This document shows positions 30,786-43,295 of a DNA stretch of 64,000 nucleotides, piece after piece; the stretch's first letter is position 1, and each line of letters opens with the position of its first letter. Origin of the DNA: Cyanophora paradoxa CCMP329 (lineage: Eukaryota; Plantae; Glaucophyta). The stretch lies in assembly GCA_004431415.1 (NCBI GenBank), contig QPMI01000455.1, positions 1 through 64,000 of the forward strand. The letters run 5' to 3'. Made by a program: the position numbers and the translations under genes. The notes under the pieces are model-generated. The model had not been told where the DNA came from and ran no database searches. It worked only from the letters and a program-made list of their open reading frames with translations.

Positions 30786-31795
30786 TTATGCGAAGTTTGT
30801 AATAACTGGATAGGAAGGGTGAAGCTGTGACATTCGCATCTTGAAGTATTCATAAACTGGGTCCCCAGCTGGCTCATCACCATAGCGAATTTCAAAGGTA
30901 AGATGAACAGGTTGACCCTCAAAATCAATTGGTTCATTAATAGCATTTACAATATCAACCGAGAAAGTGGATAATCCAACCTTTTTATTATAGTATTTGT
31001 AAAGTGGGTGAGCTTCTGTTGAATTGTAAACAACATGCTCACCATAGTCTTTATCAGGGACCACTATTTTGTGAAAGTAACCAGTCAGAAGACCATCCCC
31101 ACATTGCACCAGATCACCCAGCTCCTTTACTCTCACAAACAAAACACTGTCCCTGGTCTTCTCAGGCTCAAAAGAAGATATAATGCCATTCACGCGACCA
31201 CCAGTAAAGATTCCATCAGTGAGAGCATCATAGACCTGTGATTGGATTGGGGAGTTACCATATCTTCCAGGATCAAGACCCAGCAGTCTAGCTGAACTCA
31301 ACAGCTTTTGGATTGTTTGTTGGCTTGGGTTCACAGCTACTGAGAAAGCCAAGTAAAATGGTACTGCTGAGTGGAATATAATTCGTTTCAGTGATTCATC
31401 CCATTTGCAGCGAATGGATGGTTGGGGATTTCTGCCTTCGAATTTAGAGTTAATTACATTCACCAGTTGCTGGTGGCTTTGGATGGGGTGTTTCGACTTA
31501 TAATGAATTGTTTCCATTGTTCATAGTCAGCAGCTGGGCGAACTGTTGGAATTCCTGAGCTTCCAGCTCCAGGAGTTTGTTCAGAATAATAAATGCTAAA
31601 TGCATTGTCAACTGTCACATCTCCTGCTTTGGTTTCACCACTCACCATAGGGATACTGTTATAAAATTCGGCTGAGACCAGTCTCACAGCCCTCACATTC
31701 TCATAACTACTGGGGAGTCTAGCCACAAAGCTTGATGTGGGACCATCACCAGAGATTGTATTAAATGAGCTAACCTCGATGTAATCCACAGGCAT
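30786..31795 (-). CDS. Penton-like protein 1, frameshifted at ~31510
   Basis: ORFs 31460-31795 and 30786-31517 together match 5748-6704. Confidence 0.7.
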
Positions 31796-31824
31796 TCTTC
31801 TTTTATCTATATTTATATATTAAA

Positions 31825-32757
31825 ATGAACCGGCTCGTTAATATTGATAGCAGGGATAGAAGCCAAGGACAAAATGAAAACTCTTACAGGGTCACCCTCA
31901 CAACTCCAGTAGAGAGACCAAGGGAATGTAGGGTTCTCTATGCAGAGATTCCAAACAGTATCTATAACAGTGTGGGAACTGATCATCTAACAGTTCAGTT
32001 TAATTACCAAGATGGTTCATATAACCAAGTGATCACACAACAAGTGTATCCCCTTCCCAGTGGCTACATCAATCAGGGTCATTTTGGGGTAACACACCCT
32101 TATAATTATGGGCTGAACTATTCAAGCTTCCAAACCATTGCAGGCAAAACAGTAGCTTTTGAGTTCAAGATATTCTATAACCCAACTACCTATAAAGTGG
32201 AGTTTTACAGTAACCATGAGTTTCGTTTTATTGCAAGCAACCAGAGAATAGGAAAGCTTTTGGGTGTAAGTTCTACTGAATACACCACTGGGTATTATAG
32301 CACTCCTCCTGTTGGTGGATCTCCCTATCGACCTGAGAACCTTTTAAAGTATGATGGCAAACCTATTACACCTGATCACCCAGCATGGGGAATCACCTTC
32401 TCAGGACCCAGACTCTCCTCTAAGCCCTTGCAATATTATTTTGACAGCAGGAAGATGTCTGATATGAATGCTGAGCAGTATCTGTACATGCATATTAAAG
32501 AGCTGTCCCCCTTTGCCAGCAGACACAATATAATTCCAAAATCGCAACCACAAAACCAGGGAGCTATCCTTAGATTGCAATTGAGTAAAGATATAGGGGG
32601 CTATGTTTACCATAGTGGTGAACATGCAGAATTTATTCAAATCAATGACAGAAACCTGGTGATAAGGGAACTCACAGTTGAGTTTAAAGATTACTTTGGT
32701 GAACTGATTGATATGAATGGAATCGATAATTCTTTTCAGTTGGAGTTTATCGAATAA
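31825..32757 (+). CDS. Penton-like protein 2
   Basis: IDSRDR...YAEIPNS...DYFGELIDMNGIDNSFQLEF. Confidence 0.72.
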   Translation: MNRLVNIDSRDRSQGQNENSYRVTLTTPVERPRECRVLYAEIPNSIYNSVGTDHLTVQFNYQDGSYNQVITQQVYPLPSGYINQGHFGVTHPYNYGLNYSSFQTIAGKTVAFEFKIFYNPTTYKVEFYSNHEFRFIASNQRIGKLLGVSSTEYTTGYYSTPPVGGSPYRPENLLKYDGKPITPDHPAWGITFSGPRLSSKPLQYYFDSRKMSDMNAEQYLYMHIKELSPFASRHNIIPKSQPQNQGAILRLQLSKDIGGYVYHSGEHAEFIQINDRNLVIRELTVEFKDYFGELIDMNGIDNSFQLEFIE

Positions 32758-34301
32758 AGGCACCTGTAAAGTCAACTCTCATTGTGGGAGCATTCACATA
32801 CACAAGGGGATAAATGCGAATATATCTTATTCTCAGAGAATAACCTATGTAAAAAGCATCCTTGATGCTGAGAGGGAACCCACTCAATAGAGCCACATCA
32901 CCAGAGTTGTGAGCATTGTTAATGTTCTCACAGACATATATTTTGTTTTGCCCATCTGATCGAATAAAAGACCAGTTGATCCCATCAGTGGATGTTGCCA
33001 CATTGAAAGTCTTAATAAAAGCATTGGTGTCCCCTGATCCATAGGCAATCACAGAGGAGAGTTCAAAAGTATATGGAAAAGCAACTTGAAGGTATTCAGT
33101 GGGGTTTCCCATATCTGTTCAGGAGCATAGGCTCCAGCTTCCCAGCCAAATGCTGAAGGTCTAGCCATGAAAGGCTCTTTACCTGTCACAGAGGATGAGG
33201 CAGTAAAGGCATCATCTGCAAGCTGATACCAATTGGCATCCAAAGGAGGTGATGTAGTGAGAGTGGATGAAATGTAAGCCTTTGAAGGGTTCTTTAGTTC
33301 ATAGTTTGCTACTAGTAGGCTGCAAAGCTTATTGATCATATCATTGTTTGCTGCAATGTATGTTTCAGTGAATGCAAGCATGTCTGGGATCTTAGATGTG
33401 TCATCCAGGGAGCTTACTATATGATTTGGAAGAGGGACTGATAACCTATAGTATCTCCCATAATCCTGATCATAGTTGTAGGGTAACAACTCCTCCATCT
33501 TATCAAGGGCAGAAAGCTCACTTGCAGCCATGAGCATGTTAATCAATGGGCTTCCATCTGTTGAGGCAATCCATGAGAGAATACCCCAGCTGTTGACAGT
33601 CTCATAAGCATAACCCACATAATCAGACTCTAAATATGGGTCCACCTCTCCACAAGAGATGCTTATTACTATAATATCATCATCATCACTGTAAATCTTC
33701 TTTGCATGGCTGTAACCACACACACTGGGATTATTGTTTCCCGAAATGGCACCATCAATGAGACAGACATATACTCCCCGATTGAAATCAACAATGCTTA
33801 CAGGAGAGAAATATGTAGGAGCAGCAGAAGTAGCCCTAGCAGCAATCTTACAAGGCATAAAGTTGTAATTGTTGTCATTTGTGATAAATATTGGTTTCAT
33901 ATTCTGAGTATCAAAGGATGTGATCACAATGTCCTTAAGGGAATCCTGTATTAGTGATTCACCAGTAACTGAATTGATTGCAGTCTCCAAGGGTCCCACA
34001 TCATACTTTGTGTTAAATAGGGCATTTTCAATGATATTTCGAGGATTTGCGAAAATCAAGGGCAGTTGAGTTAGGTAAATATTGTGTAAATCGTTTGCTG
34101 TCAGTTTAGGTTCACCTGGTTTATCAGGATGCCTGATGTTTAACCCAATAGCAATGATCCCACCAGTGGAAGTTCCACTCACAAGATCCACAAGATCGAT
34201 TATTCTCCTGCCAGTTCGATTTTCGATTTCTTTGAGCAGCCTGGTTATGATAATGCCCCTTGCACCTCCCCTGACAAACTGAGAACTACTTTGAGAGGCA
34301 T
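32747..34301 (-). CDS. Patatin phospholipase-discoidin (F5/8C) fusion, frameshifted at ~34270 and ~33118
   Basis: GTSTG, ATSAAPTYF, IDGA. C-terminal EYLQVAF...STDGINW...RYIRIYP...MRVDFTG. Confidence 0.85.
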
Positions 34302-34344
34302 CTTTTACTTATCAGGAATTTTATAAATCCATATAGTAAAAGCC

Positions 34345-37300
34345 ATGAGCTTCAATTACCCACCCAATCTAGAAACCATTCAAGATGATAATGCAAGCAG
34401 CACCAAGCATGTGAACTTTGATAATATTAAAGTAAAGGGTTCAGTTTCAATTGACCACAGCTCTGATAATTCATCAAAGACTCAATCAAGGGAGCATGCT
34501 TTATCTGTGAATCAAACCGATCCAGATAAAGAGGATGTCAGTGTTGCTTTTAGTTTGGGTAATGTGAAAGCAAACCAAGTGGCAGAGATCAAAGCCACCA
34601 GAAGGAGACCTAGGAAACTGAAAACCAGTGGCACTCACCCAGATATACCTTCCAGGTTCGATAGTGGTCGATTGATTTTCAATGTTCAAGATGAGCAGGG
34701 CAAACAGAACACAGCTTTACGAATTTACAATGAGGGCAGCACTGCAAAAGCTGAGGTCCCCCAAGTATTGCAAGTGGGTCCCATTGCCAATACAAATCAG
34801 GTCTCCTACACAAATGATGTCTACCCCAAGGATATTACATATGACTTTGCAAGAAATGAGCCTTTTGGGTTCTTTACTCCAAAAGATGTCCATCAAAAAA
34901 AGCCATCAATTACAATCAACAGTAGCCCCAGTCAACCAGTAGCAATCCATTTGCATCCTGATTTAGTCGAAATGGATAGGCACCTTTTGCCTTTGTATAG
35001 CAATGTGAAAGACCTTGGAATTAGAACCAGGCAATGGCGAAATATCCATGGCAGCAATGTGTATGCAAATGGGGAGAAACTTGTGAGTGAGAAAACTCTA
35101 AGGGAAATAATTGAGCATTATGGTCCCAATGGACCAACAGTTCCATTCCCTATTCCATTTCCAAATGGACCTCCCGATTTAACACCAAAGAAACAGCCTG
35201 GAAGAGAATACACAGCAACTGAAGATGTAGCCTTTGGGCAGCATATTGTGAGTTGGGAGCAAGTTCGCAATAAACCTATAATTGAACCCAGAAAGCAAAT
35301 AGATGAGCAGTATTTACCTCCTGAAGTCGATATATTAGAGCTTGATGAATATCAATTCGTTCCAGATGAGGAAGAGTATTTACCAGATGGTTTCGACCCA
35401 CAAGAGTATGAATATGATCAATATGACCCCAATGAGGAGGAAATATTACCAGATGGCTTAGACCCACAAGAGTATGAGTATGAGCAGAACTATGAACCCC
35501 ATGAGGAGTATTTAGCAGATGGACATGATCCACCAGCTGTTGATTATGAGCAACCTTATGAACCCCATGAGGAATTACTACCAGATGGATTTCGACCTGA
35601 GATCTGGGAGTTCTTTCCTGATTATGAACAAATTAATAATAAACCTGCAAAGTATCCCCCAGAGGATCACAATCATGATTGGGATGAGATCTTAGGCAAA
35701 CCTCAAAAGTATCCACCAGAGGATCACAGGCATGATTGGGGTGAAATTGATGGGATTCCAACTGAGTTCCCACCAAGCAAACATGAACATACTTGGGATG
35801 AGATCAATGAACAACCAGAATTCGCAAAGGTGGAGCCTCTTGATAACTTGGGGGTTTCTCTTTACCAGACTTGTAATATCCCTGAAAGAATCTTTTTGAA
35901 TGAACACTATGTACATGTGAATGGGACACTTGCAAATTCAGCTATGAGAGGACCACTTCATATTAGGACATTACCAGGCTCTTTTGAAACCCCACCACCA
36001 CCAGGAGCAACCATACCAAATATCTTTGTGTCAAGCTACATGGAGGCTGACATTCCCACAGATACATTCAGAGTCCCAACAGACCCAGCAACCTACCAAA
36101 ATTACAACTCTGCTATACAGGTTCATGTAGCAGATGTAAGCAGTTTAGATGGCTCAAGACCAATGATAGTTTTCAGTCGAGATAAGTATTCCTACATTCC
36201 CATAGTGGGAACTGCAAATGATAATTATGGAAGGGCAGAGCTTGCATGGATTAAAACAGATTATGGTGGGGTTCTGGAAGCCAATCAGAGGATGGCAGCA
36301 AAAAACATACACAATGAAAATATTTCGAGAGTGGTCACAGAGGATTATCTAGAAGATCAAGGATATATTGATGAAGGTGAACTCACAAATATTCTTTCTC
36401 TTTTTGTGATCAAAAATGACACAAACCTTACAGTCACTTCCAATATCTACACCAGTAACCTTTATACAAGTAACATTTTCACAAGTAACCTATGGGCAAG
36501 TAACATTTGGACAAGAAAACTATGGGCAGATGATATTTACACAAGTAATCTTACAGTGTATCGAAATATAACAATTGGAACACAAAATACTATACAAATA
36601 CTTTATAGACCTTACTATGCTGTTACTACTGTCATTGATCCAGCCCCAATTATTCCAAATTGTATATTTGCATGGAAAGCATCAGGTCAACATGGTCAGT
36701 TGATATATTATCAAGGTCAGATATATAACAGAGTTACTACACAGATACCATATCTAACAAATTATTCGAATTGGGAAACTGTTTATTATTATTTGAATGC
36801 AACCCTAAACAATCAAATTTCGATTGGGAAAGAATTAAACATGGCTTATAGGAATAGTGTTTCAATAGATTGGTCATTAGGTCTTACATTATTCTTTATA
36901 GGTAGGATCAATACAACAAACCCTTCTTATATGTTGAGTATAAGGGATAGTTCTTATCAAAATTGGATTGGATATGGTTGTAAAAATCAAAAGTTTGGTG
37001 TTTCACTACAAATTCAAAACGATATAGAAAATGCAACTCCTCCATTATTCGATGCATCATATATTGTTAATTCGTGGAATTATTGGGATTTCACTGTTTC
37101 CTCAGAGCAAATTGTCGTAGGAATGGGTGGTATTGATATTGGAACATCATCGGGTGATTTTCTTCCACCTTCTAATTTTGCATCATTTGGTTCTTCTGTT
37201 GCTAATGGAGATCTTGCCGAAATTATCGTTTTCAATCGTGCGTTATCTATTGAAGAAAAGAACGCGGTTAGATATTATATACAATTATTGTATGGATTTC

Positions 37301-40286
37301 CAAATACGCAGCCCATATTGAATAATGAAGATCTTAAAATTAATTCGAGCAATATATTTATTGAAAATCTCACAGTTACCAAAAATGCAACTCTACCACA
37401 TCATCCAACATCGAATGTTGTTTTAGATTGGTTAGCAAAACAAAAACACACAAAAGCAGATATTACGGATTTCGCCCATACTCACACAAAAGATCAAATC
37501 ACAGATTTCGCCCATACACACACCAAAGATCAAATAACAGATTTCGCACATACTCACACAAAAGATCAAATAACAGATTTCGCACATACTCACACAAAAG
37601 ATCAAATAACAGATTTCGCACATACTCACACAAAAGATCAAATAACAGATTTCGCCCATACTCATTTATGGGAGCATATCACAAATCCTCCGTTAACCTT
37701 CCCACCTGATTCACACACTCATGATTATTCAGAGATTACAAATAGCAACCACAGGCACCCATGGAGCGAAATAGATCAACAGCCAGTATTTGCACAATTG
37801 AATGCGATTGGAAATGTTTTCAATGGAGTCACACTTTACCAATCCAGTAATACACCTGAAAGGTTATATTTGAATGATCATTATGTCAGTCTTAATGGGA
37901 CTTTTACAGGTGAAACAGGCACACCGATGGTGGGAACTCTTGCAGTAAGATTACCCAGGGATCCAATCGTAAATGGAGTGTATAGTGGCGATTTCAATGT
38001 AGGAGTAAACGATACTTTCCCCAGTATCTATGTTACGAATTATCACCCAGGAGAAATAGGACAAGTAGCGGATTTTTCAGCAGCTATTCAAATTAACGTA
38101 ACAGATCAAAGCGCATATGATGGAGCAAGACCTAAAATAGTATTCACAAGGGAGAAAGTTGTAAACTACCTTCCTGTAGCAGGACAACCCACAGATGATC
38201 ATGGGAAATGTGAGATTGCATGGATAAAAACGACATCAGGTGGCGCCTTAGAAGTCAATCAGAGGATGGCAGCAAAAAACTTACACAATACAACCCTTTC
38301 CGGTGTTGTTACAGATGATTACCTAACCAATAAAGGGTATCTTACAACAGCAGATTTAAGCAGCTATGTAACAGAAAGTGAATTGGGAACGACTCTAAAT
38401 AATTATACAACAGATGCAGAGTTAACAGCAGCTCTAGGAAATTATTTACCTCTTACAGGTGGGACAGTTAATGGAACTGTAAACGCTACTAGTCTACAAA
38501 TTGGTGGAAACACAATTCCAAAAGGATATGATTTCGATCAATTAGATGTAGTATCAACAGATAGAAGCGCAAATAATTGGAATTTGAATTGGTCACCAAG
38601 AACAGGACAAACAGGATGTTATACAACACCACAAAATGATGAAGATTGTAGCGGTTGTTTTATGAGGTGGACTGTCCCCACAGGTATGAAATCATTTTAT
38701 ATTCAGCATATGCCTTGGTATAATGGCAGATATTTTGATATCTATGGTCAGACTCTCAATAACAATCAGCATTTCTTAAAACGTGTAAACGATTATCAAG
38801 GAATACAGTCAGTAAATCATGATGGGACAAATAATACTATCTTGTTTGTATCAATTAATTGCGAGTTTTACAAGTATATTTATGTTCAAGGTCGAAAAGG
38901 TCGCATTCATCTCACAGGAGTTTTTGGTTGGAGTAGGCAGAGGGCAACAGATAATGATGTTGGTATGATCTCTTGGGATAATATTTACAGTCGCCCCGCA
39001 TTAATTACAGCCGCAGACCTCCCAGGAACGGCAACATGGGCAACAAATACATGGTTAAAATCAACCGACACTGTTCCGCGAATTTGGTTTGGAAATGGTG
39101 ATTGCACATATATTCGAGGTTATGGAAATGGTGATGGTGTTTCAATTGAATTCAGAGACTCAGCAGATGGAGCAATATTAAAGTCTTATAACAATGGTAA
39201 CTTTTGGGTGAAAAACACTATTACAGCACCCACTATTAATGCTACTACCAAACTCCAAATAAATGGTAATGATGTCCCAAAGTTTCACACATCGGATTCA
39301 TCAAAAGGAGGAATTGAATTTAATAGATGTTCTTATAACGATTGGACATGGGCGTGGAGTGCAGCATGGGATCCATATTATAATTATGGTTCATATGTTT
39401 ATAATAATCAAACGGATGATCAAACTTCAACCGCTTGGATAGACTTCGATATTCCAGAAGGATATCTCAAAGGAACAGCGTTTTTAACTTATCTACCTTG
39501 GACTAACTCACGAATTTTTGAAATTTGGGGAGTGAATCGACAAGGAAATGAAGTTTTTATTACATCAGTGAATAGTTATCATCCTTATTCTACATCTCCG
39601 GATGGTAACCACAGTGGTTTAAATAATGTTCCTATACATCTTGGTAATCGATTTCTCACAATTCGAATTAGACCAAAGATTGGAAGAGTTCATATTATGG
39701 GTATAAGTTACATGAAAATTTGGGTTGGACATAGTTATGGTGGTCACACCGGCTATATTCATTGGAATAATGTTTATAGTAAACCAAATATCTTAACAGG
39801 AACTGTGGGGACTTGGTTTAATTCCAGTGATGGATACCATCGTATTCATTTCGGAAATAACACCTCTACATACCTGAAAGGAAGGGGAAATTATCCAATT
39901 GTATTTCGAAATGAATTAGATTCTGATGTTTGTTGGATTGATCATGACGGGCGGATGTGGATAAACAATTATTTAACACAAGGAAGTGACATAAGATACA
40001 AAACAGATATTAAAAAGATAACCGGCGCTCTCAAAGCTGTTGAGAAATTAGAGGGAGTGAGTTTTAAACGAATTGGAAGTGAAAAAGATGGAGTTAAATT
40101 AGGTTTAATTGCACAAGATGTTCGAAAGGTAATACCAGAGGTAGTTAATGTTAAAAAGACGATGGCTACCTATCTCTTGAATACACAGGTTTAATTCCAG
40201 TTCTCATTGAAGCTGTGAAGGAGTTGTCCCAAAAATGCAAAGATCTACAGGATCAAATAGACCAAATTAAAAATGTCAAAGTATAA
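34345..40286 (+). CDS. Giant fibre protein with LamG-like domain and S74 chaperone, frameshifted at ~40155
   Basis: HTH repeats, GDLAEIIVFNRALS, SDIRYKTDI...GLIAQDV. The 3' end is restored by comparison with PLV-C. Confidence 0.88.
37441..37656 (+). repeat. 6 x 36-bp coding repeat (HTHTKDQITDFA)
   Basis: Visible tandem array. Confidence 0.95.
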
Positions 40287-40289
40287 TAA

Positions 40290-40595
40290 ATGGCGACCTA
40301 TCCTCTTGGTGGAACCACCTATTCTACTGAGCCTGTTGCGCTTTCTTTTGATACAATCACCCTTGTAAACGCATTACAAACAGTTGAAAAAACGATTCAG
40401 CAAACTAACAAGCTCTCACCAGTTGTCAATGAGTATAAAAACCTCTTGGTTAATGTCCTTGCTCAAGCTGCATATGGTGACCCTGTTGCTAAATACACTG
40501 AGTGTGATAACAACATTAAAGCAATGACATCCAACCTGCAAGTTCTTTCAACTGTTTACCAATCCCTTGGATCGAATTTAATCACTTTGGCTTGA
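40290..40595 (+). CDS. Conserved small helical protein
   Basis: Homologue of 15073-15381. Confidence 0.8.
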   Translation: MATYPLGGTTYSTEPVALSFDTITLVNALQTVEKTIQQTNKLSPVVNEYKNLLVNVLAQAAYGDPVAKYTECDNNIKAMTSNLQVLSTVYQSLGSNLITLA

Positions 40596-40634
40596 TTGCA
40601 GTTTATTTTTCTTTCCTTCTTAGTAAAAGAAGCA

Positions 40635-41479
40635 ATGGGTGAATATAATCGAGTTCAACTGCCTATATATTCCTTGGATCCCCTGCAATGCATTTTCGCC
40701 AGCATGAAGTAAATGATGAGGTTCGTGGTTTAGAATCCACAGAGAGACCCAATTCCAATGGCAACTCCTTTGATAAAAATTCGATTATTCGAGTTAAAGA
40801 GCTGAGAGCTGATAAGAATTCTGGTGTGGTTAAAACAACTCGACTTCTTGTCACAAATGCTAACTTTTTCCAGCCTACCAATGGAGGTCCTGATGCTTAC
40901 AGTGTTGATCTGAAAGCCCTTGATTTCGATAAGAATTCTGCTGCTGTTACTGTGAGATCAGGAGGAGCATTTATTGGGGGTGGTTGCAGAGTGTCAGGTC
41001 AACTCTCATCCTCCATTTCGTATAATGATGTCCCAGATACTCTAGAGCAAAATGTGGAAGACCCCCAACGAATTCGATTATATACTCCTGTCGCACAGCA
41101 GCCATTAATTCAATTTTACATTGGATATACTGTTACTCTTGAAAACTCGGAATTAATTGAAGGAACCAAAAGAGTACTGAGAGGTCTTGCGATTCCATCT
41201 GCAATGCTTTCCCTTTGTAGAGCCAACAACAATCAAGTAGGTCATAAATACTATTTCAATGTTCAGGGATATAATCATTTCGGTTATGGCTACTGTGTTT
41301 ATAATAATAATTTCACCTTTGACTTGTTTGTTACAGATATTGGGTTATATACTATAACTCTTATCGGTTTGAGAACAGATATAGCCGCTGTATCAGCTCT
41401 TAGAGGTGTAACTCCTGATACTCTTTCAGTTACAGGGTTTTACATGGAGCCAGATGTAATTGATGACCCAACCCCATAA
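40635..41479 (+). CDS. P1 spike/fibre-associated protein, frameshifted at ~40672
   Basis: Matches intact 58970-59824; one C is missing from a C run. Confidence 0.8.
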
Positions 41480-41502
41480 AAGATATATCCCTTTAATGTA
41501 AA

Positions 41503-42339
41503 ATGGCAGAGGCACCCACACCAATAGAGCGAATTATAACACCACAGCTATCATTAGCTGCCCCAGCAAACCATGTTTTACAGCATGCTACTTTTGATGA
41601 TGTGGAAGGTCTCCAATCCACAGAGGTCCAACCTACAATGAACACCTTTGGTTCCACCCACAAACTGAGATTACAGGAACTCAGATGTGATAAAAATAAT
41701 GGAATAGTTAAGACAACTAAGCTACTTGTCACAAATGCAAACTTTTCTGCTCATTATGGAGACCCAGATAGCTATGGAGATCCTCTGTCTACTTATTCTT
41801 TTGAATCTAGGTCGGGAGCTATTAACTGCAAATCGGGGGGAGCATATATTGGTGATGGTCTTAGGGTTGGTGGGGCTGTTGGAGCGCCTCTATTTGTGAA
41901 TGATCAACCCAATCCCATTGATCCCAATACCAGAATTCGAACCTATGTCCCCAGCATGAATGCCCCCTATATAATAAAAATATTCCCCATTGTTGTAAAT
42001 GAACAAACAGCAGTAGTAGACTCTCTTGTTGAAATTGGTGACCACTACAAGGTAGTTGTGGATATCCCACCAGATGTTTATGCTCTTTGTCAAGTAGAGG
42101 GTGGAACTCCTAATTTTGCAGTTGTGATCACCCCATATGATAATTTCGGAATTGCTTATCATGGAGTCAATTTTGGTTTGGAAGATTATCAGTTCTTAGT
42201 GAGAGCCACCAAGTTTGGTATATACAAATGTGTATTATATGCTGAGAGAACCGATTTTATTGCAAAGCAGAATACCTATGCTGAGTACTATGGGACAAAT
42301 CGATATTTCCCCATTTTTGGGCAGGATACTGCTCCATAA
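41503..42339 (+). CDS. P2 spike/fibre-associated protein
   Basis: Homologue of the split PLV-A gene and of 58113-58946. Confidence 0.8.
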   Translation: MAEAPTPIERIITPQLSLAAPANHVLQHATFDDVEGLQSTEVQPTMNTFGSTHKLRLQELRCDKNNGIVKTTKLLVTNANFSAHYGDPDSYGDPLSTYSFESRSGAINCKSGGAYIGDGLRVGGAVGAPLFVNDQPNPIDPNTRIRTYVPSMNAPYIIKIFPIVVNEQTAVVDSLVEIGDHYKVVVDIPPDVYALCQVEGGTPNFAVVITPYDNFGIAYHGVNFGLEDYQFLVRATKFGIYKCVLYAERTDFIAKQNTYAEYYGTNRYFPIFGQDTAP

Positions 42340-42361
42340 GAATATTGGTTATATATAGAGT

Positions 42362-42634
42362 ATGGATAGTAAAACAAAAAAGTTTATTGATGCTGCTATG
42401 ACAGTTCATGGTAAAGATAAATTCGATTACAGTGAGACACATTACATCAAAGCTCAAGAGAAAGTATCTGTGAGATGTTTGCAGTGTAACAAGGTGATCC
42501 TTACCTATCCCTTTAATCATGTGAAGGGGTCAGGTTGCAGGGACTGTAACAAAAGAAAGAGTCAAGCACACAGGAAAAGAGCTACTTCATCAATCAGAGT
42601 AGAGTATAGGGATATTTGCATTAGGTTTGACTAG
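42362..42634 (+). CDS. Zinc-ribbon protein (DUF723-like stand-alone repeat)
   Basis: FI..A..VHG.KFDYS...Y.....KV...C..C........NH..G.GC..C. Confidence 0.7.
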   Translation: MDSKTKKFIDAAMTVHGKDKFDYSETHYIKAQEKVSVRCLQCNKVILTYPFNHVKGSGCRDCNKRKSQAHRKRATSSIRVEYRDICIRFD

Positions 42635-42657
42635 TTAATTTTTCTAAGGTATTCTTA

Positions 42658-43056
42658 ATGGAGACTCAATACAGAGGCTTTCATGTTATGCTTGATTACA
42701 AGGCTAAATCAGCTATTGCAACAGGACATGAGCATGTTAGCTTCCTAGGTAATTGGATTATGGGAACCCTTGAACAAGCAGTATTAAGACAAGGCATTAG
42801 GATTGTTCATAAACACTGTGAGATATTTGATGGCAAACTATCACCTCCTGGTTTTGCATTGGTTTTGCTATTAGATGAAAGCCATTGCACAGCTCATTGT
42901 TATTCCAATGAAGGCATGTTAGCAATTGATATATTCAGTTGTGGTAAAGAAGCTCAGCATAAAACACAATCAGTTGCAGATGAGATCGATAAAACAATGA
43001 ATTTCCTCACATTTGAGAAGACTGAGAGACATAAACATGATAGATTCCCGTTTTGA
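42658..43056 (+). CDS. speD: S-adenosylmethionine decarboxylase proenzyme (short prokaryotic type)
   Basis: G.HVMLD, PPGFALVLLLDESHCTAHCY...AIDIFSCG, containing the E|S pyruvoyl self-cleavage site. Confidence 0.85.
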   Translation: METQYRGFHVMLDYKAKSAIATGHEHVSFLGNWIMGTLEQAVLRQGIRIVHKHCEIFDGKLSPPGFALVLLLDESHCTAHCYSNEGMLAIDIFSCGKEAQHKTQSVADEIDKTMNFLTFEKTERHKHDRFPF

Positions 43057-43295
43057 TGAGTTTCTTTCCTTTGTTTTCTAACAATAACATTGATCAGCTA
43101 CTGTAACAAAAAGATATAATATATCCTTTTCCTACAGTAGCTTTCTACAATGATTATTTTCCGGATTCCGGTCATTTGTTACAATAGAATTCTACTGTAT
43201 GATGTAGCCTAAATATGACTACACCTTAGACTTGCATATGTTAAATTTCGAATACTATTCGATTTCTTTACACTAAACCCTCAGCATCTCCTCTT

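Noticed and set aside
12595-40680. Programmed frameshifting or true pseudogenisation in the fibre, PolB, penton, patatin and P1 genes
   Set aside because: Where checkable, the shifts are single-base losses in homopolymer runs (12600, 20920, 34270, 40155, 40672, also 63900) and the sister copy is intact at that site. Long-read error is the simplest explanation; polishing is needed to decide.
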